Assembly: GCA_965214705.1 (NCBI GenBank)
Contig: OZ243972.1
Coordinates: forward strand, 320,001-384,000
DNA length: 64,000 nt
DNA from: Alphaproteobacteria bacterium
Lineage (GTDB): Bacteria; Pseudomonadota; Alphaproteobacteria; UBA828
Direction: 5' to 3'
Shown: one piece after another, positions 10,257 to 21,088 of the stretch
Layout: every line of letters begins with the position of its first letter
How positions within the stretch are numbered: the first letter of the stretch is position 1
Program-made: the position numbers and the translations under genes
The notes under the pieces: generated by a model
What the model was told of the DNA's origin: nothing
What the model saw: only the letters and a program-made list of their open reading frames with translations
Databases searched by the model: none

Positions 10257-13234
10257 TGGTTGCCTCGATCGGCGCGGTGGCAAGCCCATCGCAAGGGGCG
10301 AGCTACTACGAGAGGGACGGATACTATGCGAAAGACGATCCCGAACATCGCGAGGCGAGCGCCTGGGCGGGAAAAGGCGCGTCCGAACTCGGACTCGAAG
10401 GACCGGTCGATCCGGACACCTTCAAGGCGGTGCTGGATGGCGAGGTGCCAGACGGGTCCGGGCGGAAGCTCGGGCGCAAGACCCGGGACGGCGATATCCA
10501 GCACCGTCCCGGACGCGATCTCACCTTCTCCGCGCCCAAGTCCGTCTCTCTCGCCGCGCTGATCGGCGGCGACGAACGCATCGTCGAGGCGCACGACCGG
10601 GCGGTCGGGCGCACGCTCGGATGGTTCCAGAAGAACGCCGCCGAGACCCGGATGCAAGATCCGGCGACCGGGCGCATGGTGCGCACCGGCGGCCAGAAGA
10701 CGGTAATCGCCACCTTCAGGCATGACACCTCCCGGAACCTCGATCCGGCGCTGCACACCCATTCGGTGATCGCCAACATGCTGCAGGGCGCCAACGGCAA
10801 GTGGCGGACCATGGCGAACGAGAGTCTCTACGCCTCGAAAATGCTGCTAGGGGCTATGTACCGGAGCGAGCTCGCGGGCGAGCTTGCAAAGCTCGGCTAT
10901 TCCATCGAGAAGACCCACGCGGACGGGCGCTTCGAGGTCGCAGGGGTATCCAGACACATTATAGATGCGTTCTCCACACGCCGGGCCGAGATCGAGGCGG
11001 CGATGGCCGAGCGCGGCCTCGGCGAGACGGCCGGGAACCAGCATCTCGCCCGGCGCGCGGCGCTGATGACGCGCGCGCACAAGCGGGAGGTCGACAAGGA
11101 GGCGCTGCGCGGGACCTGGGAGAAGCAGGCCGGGGAGCTTGGCTTCGACGCGAAGGCGCTCGCCGCATCGGCGATGGAACGGAGCCGGGACGCGGCCGGC
11201 AAGGGCCGCACCGGGGCGAGGGGACCGGGCAAGGACGGTCTACCCGGTGCGGCGCGCCAGACGGACCTGTTCGAGCATGCGGCGCAGGCGGACCACCCCG
11301 CACGCGAGGCCGTGGACTGGGCGCTCGCGCATCTCTCCGAGCGCGACGCGGTGTTCGCCTCGACCGACCTGCTCGCGGCCGCCCTCGCCTACAGCCCCGG
11401 CGCGGCCCCGGTCGGGGCCATCGAGCGGGCCGTGAATGATCTGAAGCGCGAGGGCCTGTTGCACGACGCGCCACTGCTCGAAGGCGGCGGCGGGCTCACC
11501 ACCGACAAGGTCATCGCTGGGGAACGGGAAACGATCGCGCTGATGCGCGGCGGCGCGGGCCGGGGCAAGGCGCCGATGCGCGGTTGGATGGTCGACCGGC
11601 ACCTGCGCAAGGGACCGCTCACGGCCGGACAGCAACAGGCGGTGAAGCTGATCCTCTCGGAGAAGGACCGCACCGTCGGAGTGCAGGGCTATGCCGGCAC
11701 CGGCAAGACGCGGATGCTCAACCGTGCCCGCGCGCTCGCGGAGAAGAAGGGCTGGCACATGGTGGGGCTCGCTCCCTCGGCCTCGGCGGTGCAGACATTG
11801 GCCGCGGAGTCCGGCATCGAGAGCGAGACGCTTCAGCGGTTCCTCGCACGGAACGCGGGCGTCGTCGAGGGCAGACTCACCAGGAAAGGCGCGCGGGAGA
11901 TGCGCGCCGCGTTTGCGAAGACCGTGCTGGTGGTCGACGAGGGTTCGCTGGCCTCCACCGTCCAGGCCCGGGATCTGCTCAGGATCGCGGGCGAGCTTCG
12001 CATCCCGAAGCTGGTGCTGGTCGGCGATGCGAAGCAGCTCGATGCCGTGGACGCGGGTAAGCCCTTCGCCCAACTTCAGCAGGCGGGCATGAAGACCGCG
12101 GTGATGGACGAGATCATGCGCCAGCGCAATCCGGACCTGAAGGCTGCGGTCGAGGCGAGCCTCGCGGGCGAGATCGGCAGGGCGTTCGAGAAGCTCGGCT
12201 CCAACGTCGCCGAGGTGAACCCCGATAACATCGCTGGCGCGGTCGCCGCGCGCTGGCTCGCCCTCTCCAAAGAAGAGCGCGAGCGCACCGGGGTGGTGGC
12301 CCCGAGCCACGAACTGCGCGAGGGGATCAACGCGCACATCCGCGAACGCCTCGCCCGCGAAGGACGGATAGTCGGGCCGACTCTCGAAACACAGCGCCTG
12401 GTCTCCAAGGGCTACACCAACGCGGAGAAGGCGCTGGCGGCGAACTACGCCCCCGGAGACGTGGTCGCGTTCCACCGCGCCTACAAGCGTCTCGGCGTCG
12501 AGAAGGGCGACGAGCGCCGCGTCATGGGCGTCGATCACGGGAAGAGGACCGTCCAGCTCGAAGGCCCGGACGGCTCGACCGTCGACTGGAAGCCATCGCA
12601 GATCGGCGGACGCAGGGGCGGCACGGAGGCCTACCGCGCCGAAACCATCGAGCTTCGCGCGGGCGACCGCATCCGCTGGACGCGGAACGACGCGGGGTTG
12701 AAGCTCGTGAACAGCGCCACCGCCGAGGTCGCCGGTGTCCGGAACGGGCGGGTGACGTTCGGGCTGGAGGACGGCCGGAACCTGACACTGACCCGAGGCG
12801 ATCCCCAGTTCCGTCATCTCGACCATGCCTGGGCCTCGACCGTGCACGCCTTCCAGGGCCGCACGGTGGACAACGTGATCGCCGCGATGGAGGCGAACCA
12901 CCCCCACCTGACGACGGGCAAGTCCTTCTATGTGGAGGTCTCGCGCGCCCGCGACCGGGCGGAGCTCGTCACGGACGACGCGCAGGCGCTGAGGGAACGG
13001 CTCGAGGCGGTGACCGGAGAGCGCATCTCGGCGCTCGAAGGGATCGGCGAATCCGTCCGGCCCGAGCACGGGAAGGACACCAAAGCCTCGCTCGACCGGG
13101 AGCGGAGGGACCGGGAGACCGCCGCGCCGCCGTCGCCGGACAAGGGCATCGAGCACGAGGCCGTGCCCAGCAAGGCCCCGGAGCCCGAGCCTCCGTCCCG
13201 TGGCAAGGTCGTCGAAATGGACATGGGGATGTAA
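10256..13234 (+). CDS. MobF (TrwC/TraI-like) relaxase-helicase
   Basis: YYERDGYY, DLTFSAPKSVS, HDTSRNLDPALHTH; helicase motifs GYAGTGKT, DEGS, STVHAFQG. Confidence 0.95.
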   Translation: MVASIGAVASPSQGASYYERDGYYAKDDPEHREASAWAGKGASELGLEGPVDPDTFKAVLDGEVPDGSGRKLGRKTRDGDIQHRPGRDLTFSAPKSVSLAALIGGDERIVEAHDRAVGRTLGWFQKNAAETRMQDPATGRMVRTGGQKTVIATFRHDTSRNLDPALHTHSVIANMLQGANGKWRTMANESLYASKMLLGAMYRSELAGELAKLGYSIEKTHADGRFEVAGVSRHIIDAFSTRRAEIEAAMAERGLGETAGNQHLARRAALMTRAHKREVDKEALRGTWEKQAGELGFDAKALAASAMERSRDAAGKGRTGARGPGKDGLPGAARQTDLFEHAAQADHPAREAVDWALAHLSERDAVFASTDLLAAALAYSPGAAPVGAIERAVNDLKREGLLHDAPLLEGGGGLTTDKVIAGERETIALMRGGAGRGKAPMRGWMVDRHLRKGPLTAGQQQAVKLILSEKDRTVGVQGYAGTGKTRMLNRARALAEKKGWHMVGLAPSASAVQTLAAESGIESETLQRFLARNAGVVEGRLTRKGAREMRAAFAKTVLVVDEGSLASTVQARDLLRIAGELRIPKLVLVGDAKQLDAVDAGKPFAQLQQAGMKTAVMDEIMRQRNPDLKAAVEASLAGEIGRAFEKLGSNVAEVNPDNIAGAVAARWLALSKEERERTGVVAPSHELREGINAHIRERLAREGRIVGPTLETQRLVSKGYTNAEKALAANYAPGDVVAFHRAYKRLGVEKGDERRVMGVDHGKRTVQLEGPDGSTVDWKPSQIGGRRGGTEAYRAETIELRAGDRIRWTRNDAGLKLVNSATAEVAGVRNGRVTFGLEDGRNLTLTRGDPQFRHLDHAWASTVHAFQGRTVDNVIAAMEANHPHLTTGKSFYVEVSRARDRAELVTDDAQALRERLEAVTGERISALEGIGESVRPEHGKDTKASLDRERRDRETAAPPSPDKGIEHEAVPSKAPEPEPPSRGKVVEMDMGM

Positions 13235-13669
13235 GAACGCCCCCGTGGCCGCCACGTGTCTGTTCTGACCGGCGGCGGAAACACCGGAGCAGCCGTGGAT
13301 CGCTTGTTATAGGCGCTTTATAGGCGCTGCCCCATGAATGGGTGGTTCCGCGTCACTGTTCGGGTCGCTCAGCAAGCCGGCGCACCTGCGTTGTTCCCCG
13401 TTGTTCCGTACAGGGTTGACATCGTCCGTTCGACCCCGCAGAATACATCTTGGAACAACTAGGAACAACGCTGTGATCGAGTTGAGCTACGCCGCTTCGC
13501 ATCCCCCGGCACGGAGGCCAATCTGGACGGATGGCTTTCGCCATGCGCCGCGCGGACCACCACGTCATCGGCCAGGTGTTGGCCAAGAAGTTCGTCCGGA
13601 CCGAACGATCCTTGCAGGTTCGGGCCGGCGGGATTACGGACACATGTTATCGGACTCAGGATCAAGACC

Positions 13670-15973
13670 ATGACTGCAACTATATACACCGCATCGAAAT
13701 CCCGATCGAACCGTCCGGGCTGGTCGGTTAGCTTTCGTCATCCGCTACGCAGTGACGCGAGAGGCAGGCCGGGCCTGAAAATGCGCAGGGGATTGGGTAC
13801 GACGGACGAAGACAAGGCGGATCGGCTTGTCCAGGAAATGAACGTTCTTCTTTCTGATCGTGCATGGTGGAACGCGAACAGGCATGCCGATGCCGAGAAG
13901 CGGTTTTCACAGATCGTCGTCGATGCCTTCTACGACGAGATCCAGGCTGGTCGGGCAGATTCGGAGGCTCTCCGCGAAGAGTCGATACCGCTTCCCGGTC
14001 ACGAGCAAGGCTTTTCCCGGGTTCTGTTCGTCGGAACGACGGGGGCCGGCAAGACCTCGCTACTCAGGCAGCTGATCGACTCTGACCCGGACAGGGACAG
14101 GTTTCCCTCGACGGCTCCGGCAAAGACGACGATAGCTGACATCGAGGTCGTGCAGAACGAGGGTGACTATCGGGCTGCTGTCACGTTCTTCACAGAGTTT
14201 CAGGCTCAGTCGAGTATCGAAGAGTGCATCGTCGATTCGTGCCTGGCCACTCTTGATCGGCAGCCCACTGACAAGGTAGCCGAACGATTCCTAAACCACC
14301 GGGATCAGAAGTTCAGGCTCAGCTACGTACTTGGCGGATGGAATCAAGCTTCCCCGTCGGGTGAAAGCGATGAAGACGAGTTTTCCTTCGACGCCGAAAC
14401 AGAGACAACCGGCGGCGGGCAAGATGACGATGCTGTAACTGTATCCGAGCAATCCGCGAATCGCGAGGCTCTCCGAGGATTTCTTGAACGAATAGATGGA
14501 CTGGTCGCGTCGGCGGAGCAGCGATTGTCGAACGACCTTGGGATTGATCCCGGCGATACGAGCGGCGGCGATCGCGAGGCGGCCAAGCAGCTCATGGAGG
14601 AGAACTTCGAGGAATACGTTGCCGGGGAAGAACTATTCCAGGAGCTAGTCCAGGACGTGCTCGACTGTGTGCGCGCGCGTTTCGATCTGATCACCGAGGG
14701 CAGTCTGGAGCGGTACCGCTCCGGCTGGCCGAAACGCTGGACGTTCGAAACCGCGGAGCGCGGCCAGTTCATTGCTCAAATTCGCTGGTTTTCCAGTAAC
14801 GACTGGCGCCAGTTCGGCCGACTCCTGACGCCGCTTGTTGACGGCATCCGTGTGAGGGGTCCTCTTTTCCCGTCATTCGTCGAGACAGGGCCGCAGCTCG
14901 TCCTGATCGACGGCCAGGGGCTGGGTCATACACCGGATTCCTCGTCCAGCGTAACGACGCACATCACCAGACGGTTCGACCACGTGAACGTGATCCTGTT
15001 GGTGGACAATGCGCAACAGCCGATGCAGGCAGCGCCGCTTTCTGTTCTACGAACGGTCGCCCATAGTGGCCATAGCGAGAAGCTGGCAGTCGCGTTTACG
15101 CACTTCGACCAGATCAAGGGACCGAATCTGCGGACGTTGTCCGACAAGCGCGATCATGTGATGGCATCGGTTCTGAACGCGTTGTCGAATCTGCGCGATG
15201 ATCTCGGAATGTCCTTCGTCAGGAGCATTGAGCACGGAATCGACGCTCGGTGCTTCATGCTTGGCGGGGTCGACCGGAACCTTGGGCGCTTGAGGAGTCG
15301 GGCAGGAGACTACATGCGTGATGCGCTCCGAGCGCTCGTCCAGTTCTGTGAGGACGCCATTTTGCCGCCGGAGCCGCCGGAGGCGAGCCCCGTCTACGAT
15401 CCTTCCGGCATCCCGTTTGCCGTTCGAGAGGCGGTCTCGAACTTCCAGGCGCCCTGGCTTGCCCGCTTGGGACTGGCCTCTCACGAAGGAGTCAGGAAGG
15501 AGCATTGGACGCGGGTGAAGGCGCTGAACCGTCGAATTGCCGGCGAACTGGACGATGAGTACGACACGCTCAAGCCTGTTGCCGACTTGGTTGCTCGACT
15601 GAACGAGGCCGTTTCCCGCTTCCTGGACGTGCCCGTCGGATGGACGCGGGAACCGGCGGACGATCAGGAGCGTCAGGCTGCGATCGCAGGCATACAGAGG
15701 GTTGTGTCGTCTGAAGTACACGAACTGGCGCTTCGGCGTATCGTCGAGCGCCACCTCGCTGACTGGCGCACAGCTTACGATTTGCGTGGTAGAGGCTCGA
15801 CGTTTGTGCGGGCTCGCGCCATTCGCGGAATCTATGACGATGCCGCTCCTTTGCTGGACGCCATTATGCCGCCGCCGTCAAAGCGGTTCCTCGCGGAAAT
15901 TCGGCGTATCGTGGTCAACGCGATCAGGACAGGCGGTGGAGAGGTCAAATCGGATATCACACTGCATAACTAA
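13670..15973 (+). CDS. Large dynamin-like P-loop GTPase with N-terminal basic domain
   Basis: G1 GTTGAGKTS, G3 DGQG, G4-like THFD; helical C-terminus; 767 aa. Confidence 0.7.
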   Translation: MTATIYTASKSRSNRPGWSVSFRHPLRSDARGRPGLKMRRGLGTTDEDKADRLVQEMNVLLSDRAWWNANRHADAEKRFSQIVVDAFYDEIQAGRADSEALREESIPLPGHEQGFSRVLFVGTTGAGKTSLLRQLIDSDPDRDRFPSTAPAKTTIADIEVVQNEGDYRAAVTFFTEFQAQSSIEECIVDSCLATLDRQPTDKVAERFLNHRDQKFRLSYVLGGWNQASPSGESDEDEFSFDAETETTGGGQDDDAVTVSEQSANREALRGFLERIDGLVASAEQRLSNDLGIDPGDTSGGDREAAKQLMEENFEEYVAGEELFQELVQDVLDCVRARFDLITEGSLERYRSGWPKRWTFETAERGQFIAQIRWFSSNDWRQFGRLLTPLVDGIRVRGPLFPSFVETGPQLVLIDGQGLGHTPDSSSSVTTHITRRFDHVNVILLVDNAQQPMQAAPLSVLRTVAHSGHSEKLAVAFTHFDQIKGPNLRTLSDKRDHVMASVLNALSNLRDDLGMSFVRSIEHGIDARCFMLGGVDRNLGRLRSRAGDYMRDALRALVQFCEDAILPPEPPEASPVYDPSGIPFAVREAVSNFQAPWLARLGLASHEGVRKEHWTRVKALNRRIAGELDDEYDTLKPVADLVARLNEAVSRFLDVPVGWTREPADDQERQAAIAGIQRVVSSEVHELALRRIVERHLADWRTAYDLRGRGSTFVRARAIRGIYDDAAPLLDAIMPPPSKRFLAEIRRIVVNAIRTGGGEVKSDITLHN

Positions 15974-16346
15974 CGGAACGACGATTTCAGGCTGGGTGCG
16001 GACGCGGAGCCGCTCAGTCGCCCGGCCCTCGGCTTTCCGCGCGGCTTCGAGATCGCTCGTGTTTGTCGTCGGTTAGGCTCGCAACCGCGCCGTTGACGGG
16101 CCGAAGTCTGGCGTGCAGGGAATCGTCGGGGGTGCATGGCTTGGGTTGATATCGGAGCGATTGTTCACGAGTATCGTAGCACCCAATCCGTGCGGCGATG
16201 AGCCCGCCGTTCGAAGGCGCGATCACGCGGCACGGCGCCAGAAGGAGCGACGTCGGGTCCAGGTCCGGGGTGAGTTTCGTCCCATCGCAGGACCCGGCTT
16301 GCGTCGCCAGGCGGCTGGAGCTTCGCTGAACGATGCCGCGAACGGT

Positions 16347-16721
16347 TCACGCTGGGCCTTCATTCATAGTGTCGGCCATCGCACCGTGGGCCGCGCCGAC
16401 GAGTTCGTCGAAGTCTTCCTGGCTCATCTGCTCCGTGTTGAGCATGGTCAGCATGTGGACGGCGCGGTAAATCGCTTCGATGAGCGCGATGTGTCCGGGC
16501 GACAAAGTGGCTGGCGGATGCTCGCCGAGCCGATCTTCGGCGAGAGCGGGCGCGCCCGAACGGACGAGCTCGCCGGCGGGAACAGCGTGCCGTGCTGCGG
16601 CCTGCTCGATCAGATCCCACTCGGAGTCGGAGAAACGGATGGAGTGAGGGTGGCGCGCACTGCCACGGTTTTCGCCGGACTGGTTGCTCGTTCCGCGAGG
16701 GAATCTATCTTTCCGGGTCAA
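16347..16721 (-). CDS. Ribbon-helix-helix (MobC/CopG-like) protein
   Basis: HSIRFSDSEWDLIEQAAARHAVPAGELVR; paralogue at 36187-36588. Confidence 0.7.
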   Translation of the reverse strand: MTRKDRFPRGTSNQSGENRGSARHPHSIRFSDSEWDLIEQAAARHAVPAGELVRSGAPALAEDRLGEHPPATLSPGHIALIEAIYRAVHMLTMLNTEQMSQEDFDELVGAAHGAMADTMNEGPA

Positions 16722-17606
16722 CTTTCCTGTTCCCTGTCGCTCGTCATCGGTTACGGGCTTGGCCCATTCCAGTCACGAAAGCCGTCCCGGGCCGCTCGGT
16801 TCCAGCCGAAAATCCCGTGTCCCGTGATGGTTAACCTGCCGGAGTCGGGGCCTCGGAATGGGGGTGTGGCGGCCACGGGCGGGGACCGCAACGCTGGGCC
16901 GAATCGCGGCGGCGCGTCTTGGAAAGGCCGCACTCAAACTGATTGTTCACGGTAACACGCCGTCTTACGCTCGGCAATCGCGTGCAGTCAGAATGAGTGT
17001 TTTCGCGGTCGGGCGCAGGCATGCGCCGACAGGGATGCGAAAGCGGCGTGTATGCGCTGAGACTACACGCGATCCGGCATAGACGAGGCGTTTCATGTCG
17101 TTGAGAGCGCACGGGGATGCAGGTCAGGCGCGCGCTGGGAGTTGAGGGCACCATAGGTGCGTTCCGGTGTGAGAACTGAACGCCGCAGGGCGTAGCGATA
17201 GCCTGGAATCCGAGTGAGAGCGATGAGGGAATCGCCGCCGGCGCAGGATGCGCTCGGGAGCCGCCGCGGCGCTTGAGCGGCGGGCGGTGCGGCCGGAGCC
17301 GCGGGCAGTCGTGCGCAGCACGCTGCCGAAGGCGATGGCGGTGGTGCCCGCACTGGTGCGGCCAGCGGTGGACGACGCAGTGCGGAGCGCGGTGTACGGC
17401 GAAGCCGTCACCGGCGACGCACGGAGTGCCGCGGCGACGAGCCGAGGCGCTGCCCGCAGCCGGCCAGGGCGAGCGAGGCGAGGTCGATGACGAGCGCGGC
17501 GCGCAGCGCCGGCGTGAGGATGACACGGCGGTGAAGACACCAGTGCCGTCGAACCTCGCAGCGAGCGTGTCGGCCCGGCAACGGCGGTGAGCGAAGCGAG
17601 CCGCCG

Positions 17607-17724
17607 GGCAAGCGGAGCGCGCAGCGACCGAAGGGAGCGGAGGCGCGAGGGATACCCGCCCGAAGGGCCGAGACCGCGCAGCGGGCTCGGCAGGGTAGCC
17701 CGGTCGCGAAGCGACGCGCCCAAC
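17607..17724. repeat. ~117-bp hairpin-rich direct repeat, copy 1
   Basis: Near-identical to 19336-19452 (GAGGGATACCCGCCCGAAGGGCCGAGACCGCGCAGCGGGC...GGTCGCGAAGCGACGCGCCCAAC). Confidence 0.9.
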
Positions 17725-18055
17725 ACCGTCGAACGGAGACCTGCACACGCATCCATGTTCGGCACCAGCACCAGCATCACGGACACCAGCATCGGTGTTC
17801 GCATCGTTGCCGACGGCGACGGCGATGGCGTTGGTGAGCGTCCGTTGCCGCGAAGCGCAACGACGGCGGGAATACGCTCGCGCTGCCGATGGTGACACGC
17901 CGAGCTCGCGAGGCGGTGCAGGGGAAGAGCGGCGGAGCCGCCGCGGAGCGCGACGCCGCAGGCGGCGGACGCGGCGGGCGGCGAGGCGGTGGTGTCTGAC
18001 CAAAGAGAGAGGGCCGCACCGCCGAGGCGATGCGACCCTGTGGTGGCGATGGCGC

Positions 18056-18982
18056 TCACGCCGCGCAGCGCTGAACCGGGATGCCGAGCGCGACGGCCTT
18101 GTCGACGAGGTTGTCGGTGATGCCCGAGCCCGGGAAGGCGATGACGCCCTTGGGCAGCAGGTTCAGCAGGTCGTCGTTGCGCCGGAACGGAGCCGCGCGG
18201 CCATGGGCGTTCCAGTCGGGCTTGCACACCACCTGATGGACGCCGTTGCGGTCCGCCCACTGGGCTGCGATGCGTTCGACGCCGGGGCCGCCGCCGTGCA
18301 CGAGGACGAGGTCCGCGTACTTCGCCCGCGCCTTGTCGAGGCGTGCGAAGACGGCGTTCGCGTCGGTGACGTCCTTGCCGCCGGCGATGGCGACCAGCGT
18401 GCCCTCGGGCAGGTGGGCCTTCATCTCGCGGTCCTTGCGTGCGCGTAAGAAGTCGCGGGCGTCGATGGCGGCCGAGGTGAGCTTGCCGGTCTGGCTCGTG
18501 TGGCTGCCGTGCCTCGGGCGCCAGGTGTCGCCGGTCTCGCCGCGGTAGGCGTCTGCGGCGGCGTCGCGCAGTTGCTCGAAGGCGTCGCGGCGGTCGCCGA
18601 GGTTGCGCGCCCGGTCGGTCACCAGTTCGAGCTCGCGGGCGTTGATCTCGGTGCCGTCCTGGGCGCGCTGGAGGTCGCGGAGCTGGGGCGCGAGGCGGTC
18701 GACGCCGCGGTCGAGGCGCCGGACCTGGGCGTCGAGGCAGTTGACGAAGCCCCAGAGCAGGCTCTCGCGCTCGTCGGCGAGCTGGAAGCCGTCCGGCGCG
18801 ACGCCTTCGGCGAGGACGCGGAACGCCTCGCTCACCGCGTCGATGGCGTCGTCGCGGTCCCAGACCTCGCGCGGGTCGAACTCGTCGCGCTCGGGGGTTG
18901 CGCCGTAGAGCTGGGCGTTCTCGCAGACGATGGCGGTCGGGGACTGCGCCTGGTGGGTGTCGATGCTGTCGAGGTCGTACAT
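18056..18982 (-). CDS. DUF2493 (SLOG/YspA-like) domain protein
   Basis: LVHGGGPGVERIAAQWA, AAPFRRND, FPGSGITDNLVDKA. Confidence 0.85.
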   Translation of the reverse strand: MYDLDSIDTHQAQSPTAIVCENAQLYGATPERDEFDPREVWDRDDAIDAVSEAFRVLAEGVAPDGFQLADERESLLWGFVNCLDAQVRRLDRGVDRLAPQLRDLQRAQDGTEINARELELVTDRARNLGDRRDAFEQLRDAAADAYRGETGDTWRPRHGSHTSQTGKLTSAAIDARDFLRARKDREMKAHLPEGTLVAIAGGKDVTDANAVFARLDKARAKYADLVLVHGGGPGVERIAAQWADRNGVHQVVCKPDWNAHGRAAPFRRNDDLLNLLPKGVIAFPGSGITDNLVDKAVALGIPVQRCAA

Positions 18983-19335
18983 GAGTGTCTCCTGATTCGA
19001 GAGTGAGTGTTGAGCCTCGCGGCCCGTTGTCGCCGGAAGCGCGTCTCCCGACGTTGGCCTATTGGTTCACGCGCGCGCAGCGCAGCCACCGGGGCCGCAG
19101 GGCATGGCCCATCGGCGTGCGCGAGTGGTGCGGGCGCAGGGAGCGAAGCGACTGAGCCACGGTCGCGCGCGCCGATGGGACTAGGCGCGCCAGCGCCGTT
19201 GCCCTGCGAGTCCCGGCCGGAACGGAGCGAAGCGGAGTGAAGGACCCTGCCGCAGGCAGGGTTGGCGCAGTGAGCACGTGTGGGACAATGGGCCTACGTC
19301 GGGAAGAGAGCTCCCTCCCCTTGCGTGCTTTTCTT

Positions 19336-19452
19336 GGCAAGCGGAGCGCGCAGCGAGCTTGCGAGCGGAGGCGCGAGGGATACCCGCCCGAAGGGCCGAG
19401 ACCGCGCAGCGGGCACGGCAGGGTAGCCCGGTCGCGAAGCGACGCGCCCAAC
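19336..19452. repeat. ~117-bp hairpin-rich direct repeat, copy 2
   Basis: Near-identical to 17607-17724. Confidence 0.9.
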
Positions 19453-19511
19453 CTTCTTCTTGATTGCGGCACCGCCCGCCGCGACTGTCGCGGTGACCGA
19501 ACGCATTTCCG

Positions 19512-19739
19512 TCAACCCCACAGCGGATGCGAGTCCACCCGCTGCTGGACCACGTCGCGGATGCTGTCGCGGTCGCGAATGCGCACCGGTCCACGGATGT
19601 CCTCGTCGAGATGCGCGACGTAGACGCGCTGGCCGGGATGGAGGACGTCGTCGAGGCAGTAGAGGTCGCCGATGCAGTCCCCGTCCTGATAGATGCGTGA
19701 TTCGCCCGGAGTGATGCGCTTGAAGGCGATGCGGCTCAT
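19512..19739 (-). CDS. Small hypothetical protein (75 aa)
   Basis: MSRIAFKRITPGESRIYQDGD...; paralogue at 28555-28782; start overlaps the DUF4326 stop. Confidence 0.75.
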   Translation of the reverse strand: MSRIAFKRITPGESRIYQDGDCIGDLYCLDDVLHPGQRVYVAHLDEDIRGPVRIRDRDSIRDVVQQRVDSHPLWG

Positions 19740-20071
19740 GCGGCCCTCCTCGATTCGAGCTGCGAAGCGGCCCAGGCCGCGGCGCGGGCGAGCACGTGCC
19801 CGTGGCAGGGCAGTGGGTCGCACCAGCAGGCGAGCCGCATGCCGTCGAGCTCGGCGAGCGCCTCGAGCGCGACCTCGCCGGCGCGGATGCGCCGCCAGAG
19901 GTCGGCCCGGTAGCGCGCGATGACGTGCTCCCTCGTTCCATCGCGTCCGACCTTGAAGGGGTTCCCCCACTTGGTGCGCCGGTCGATGAGCACGGTGTTG
20001 CTGTGCACGTGCGCGTGCTCGAGCTCTTCCCTGAGCCCGGGCTCGTGCTTCAGATTGACGACGGCGTCCAT
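19736..20071 (-). CDS. DUF4326 domain protein
   Basis: KWGNPF...LACWCDPLPCHG. Confidence 0.85.
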   Translation of the reverse strand: MDAVVNLKHEPGLREELEHAHVHSNTVLIDRRTKWGNPFKVGRDGTREHVIARYRADLWRRIRAGEVALEALAELDGMRLACWCDPLPCHGHVLARAAAWAASQLESRRAA

Positions 20072-21088
20072 GGCCTCTCTCCTCTACTCCGGTCGGCTTG
20101 CCCGACCCTCCGCTCGCCTCTTCCTCCCGCGAAGCGGAACAGGGGCGCGAGCCGGGCGGTGAGCGCGCCGGGCCCGAGCGCCACGAGGTCGTCGTTGAAG
20201 TCCCCGCCCTCGGGGACGACGACGAGAGCGGCGACGCCGGCGCGCGCGCAGCGCCGCGCGAGGCGTTCCGCCGCCTGCTCGCCCTCGGCGTCGCTGTCGC
20301 GGGCGATGACGAGGCGGGCGAGGCCGGGCGGAGGCGCGAACGCGCCGAGGCTCCCGGCCGAGAGCGCCGCCGCGGCGGTGGTCTGCGGCACGGCGGTGAT
20401 GAGCGAGAGCACCGTCTCGATGCCCTCGCCGACCAGCAGCGACGCGTCGGGCCGTCCGAAGCGGACGGCGTGGCCGTAGATGCGCCCGAGCGCCTTGCGC
20501 GGATGGGCGACGCCCGCCTTGGCGGGCGAGCGGGGGTCGAGCCAGGTGCGCTGCACGCCGAGGATGGCGCCGTCGTCGCCGGTCGCGGCGGCGACCAGCG
20601 CCGGCAGGTGTCGGACGCTCGCGCCTTCGCGGTAGCGAAGCGCGGGGTGGAAGCGCAGCGCCGCGAAGCGGCAGCGCGCGAGACCCCGCGCCTGGAGGTA
20701 GCGCTCGGCATGTGTGCCGTCGATGGCGCGGCAGCCGCGCCAGAGGCGGCGCGCGGCCTCGCTCGCGTCGTAGGTCTCGCCCCCGTCCGTGGCCGGCGCA
20801 GCCGGCAGGGCGAGGAAGGCGCGCGCCTCGTCGAGCGCCGCGCGCAGCGTCGGCGCGCGGAGGCGGAGGCGGATGAGGTCGAGCAAGTCGCGTGCTTGCC
20901 GGTGGCCGATCGGTCCACTTCCCCGGTGTGCCGGGGCCTGCGAGGCGCACGTAGAGGGAGCGCCCGCGGGCGCCGTCGAGGTCGCCCGCGACCCAGTAGC
21001 GGCCCTGGCGGCGGCCGTGCGGCAGGTAGTGCCGGCACACGGCCTCGGCGCGCTCGCCGAGCGCGGCGGCGATGGCGGCGGCGTTCAC
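20050..21088 (-). pseudogene. Toprim-domain (primase-like) protein, frameshifted near 20890-20912
   Basis: Paralogue of 27494-28477; two single-base deletions in the KWTD-AATGEHGDLLD segment; GEGIET toprim motif. Could be sequencing error. Confidence 0.75.

Noticed and set aside
11240-13255. Long antisense ORFs opposite the relaxase, transposases and integrases
   Set aside because: Codon-bias shadows typical of high-GC genes.
16750-18050. Long Arg/Ala-rich ORFs here and at 32550-33320
   Set aside because: GC-rich palindromic non-coding DNA; translations are low complexity.
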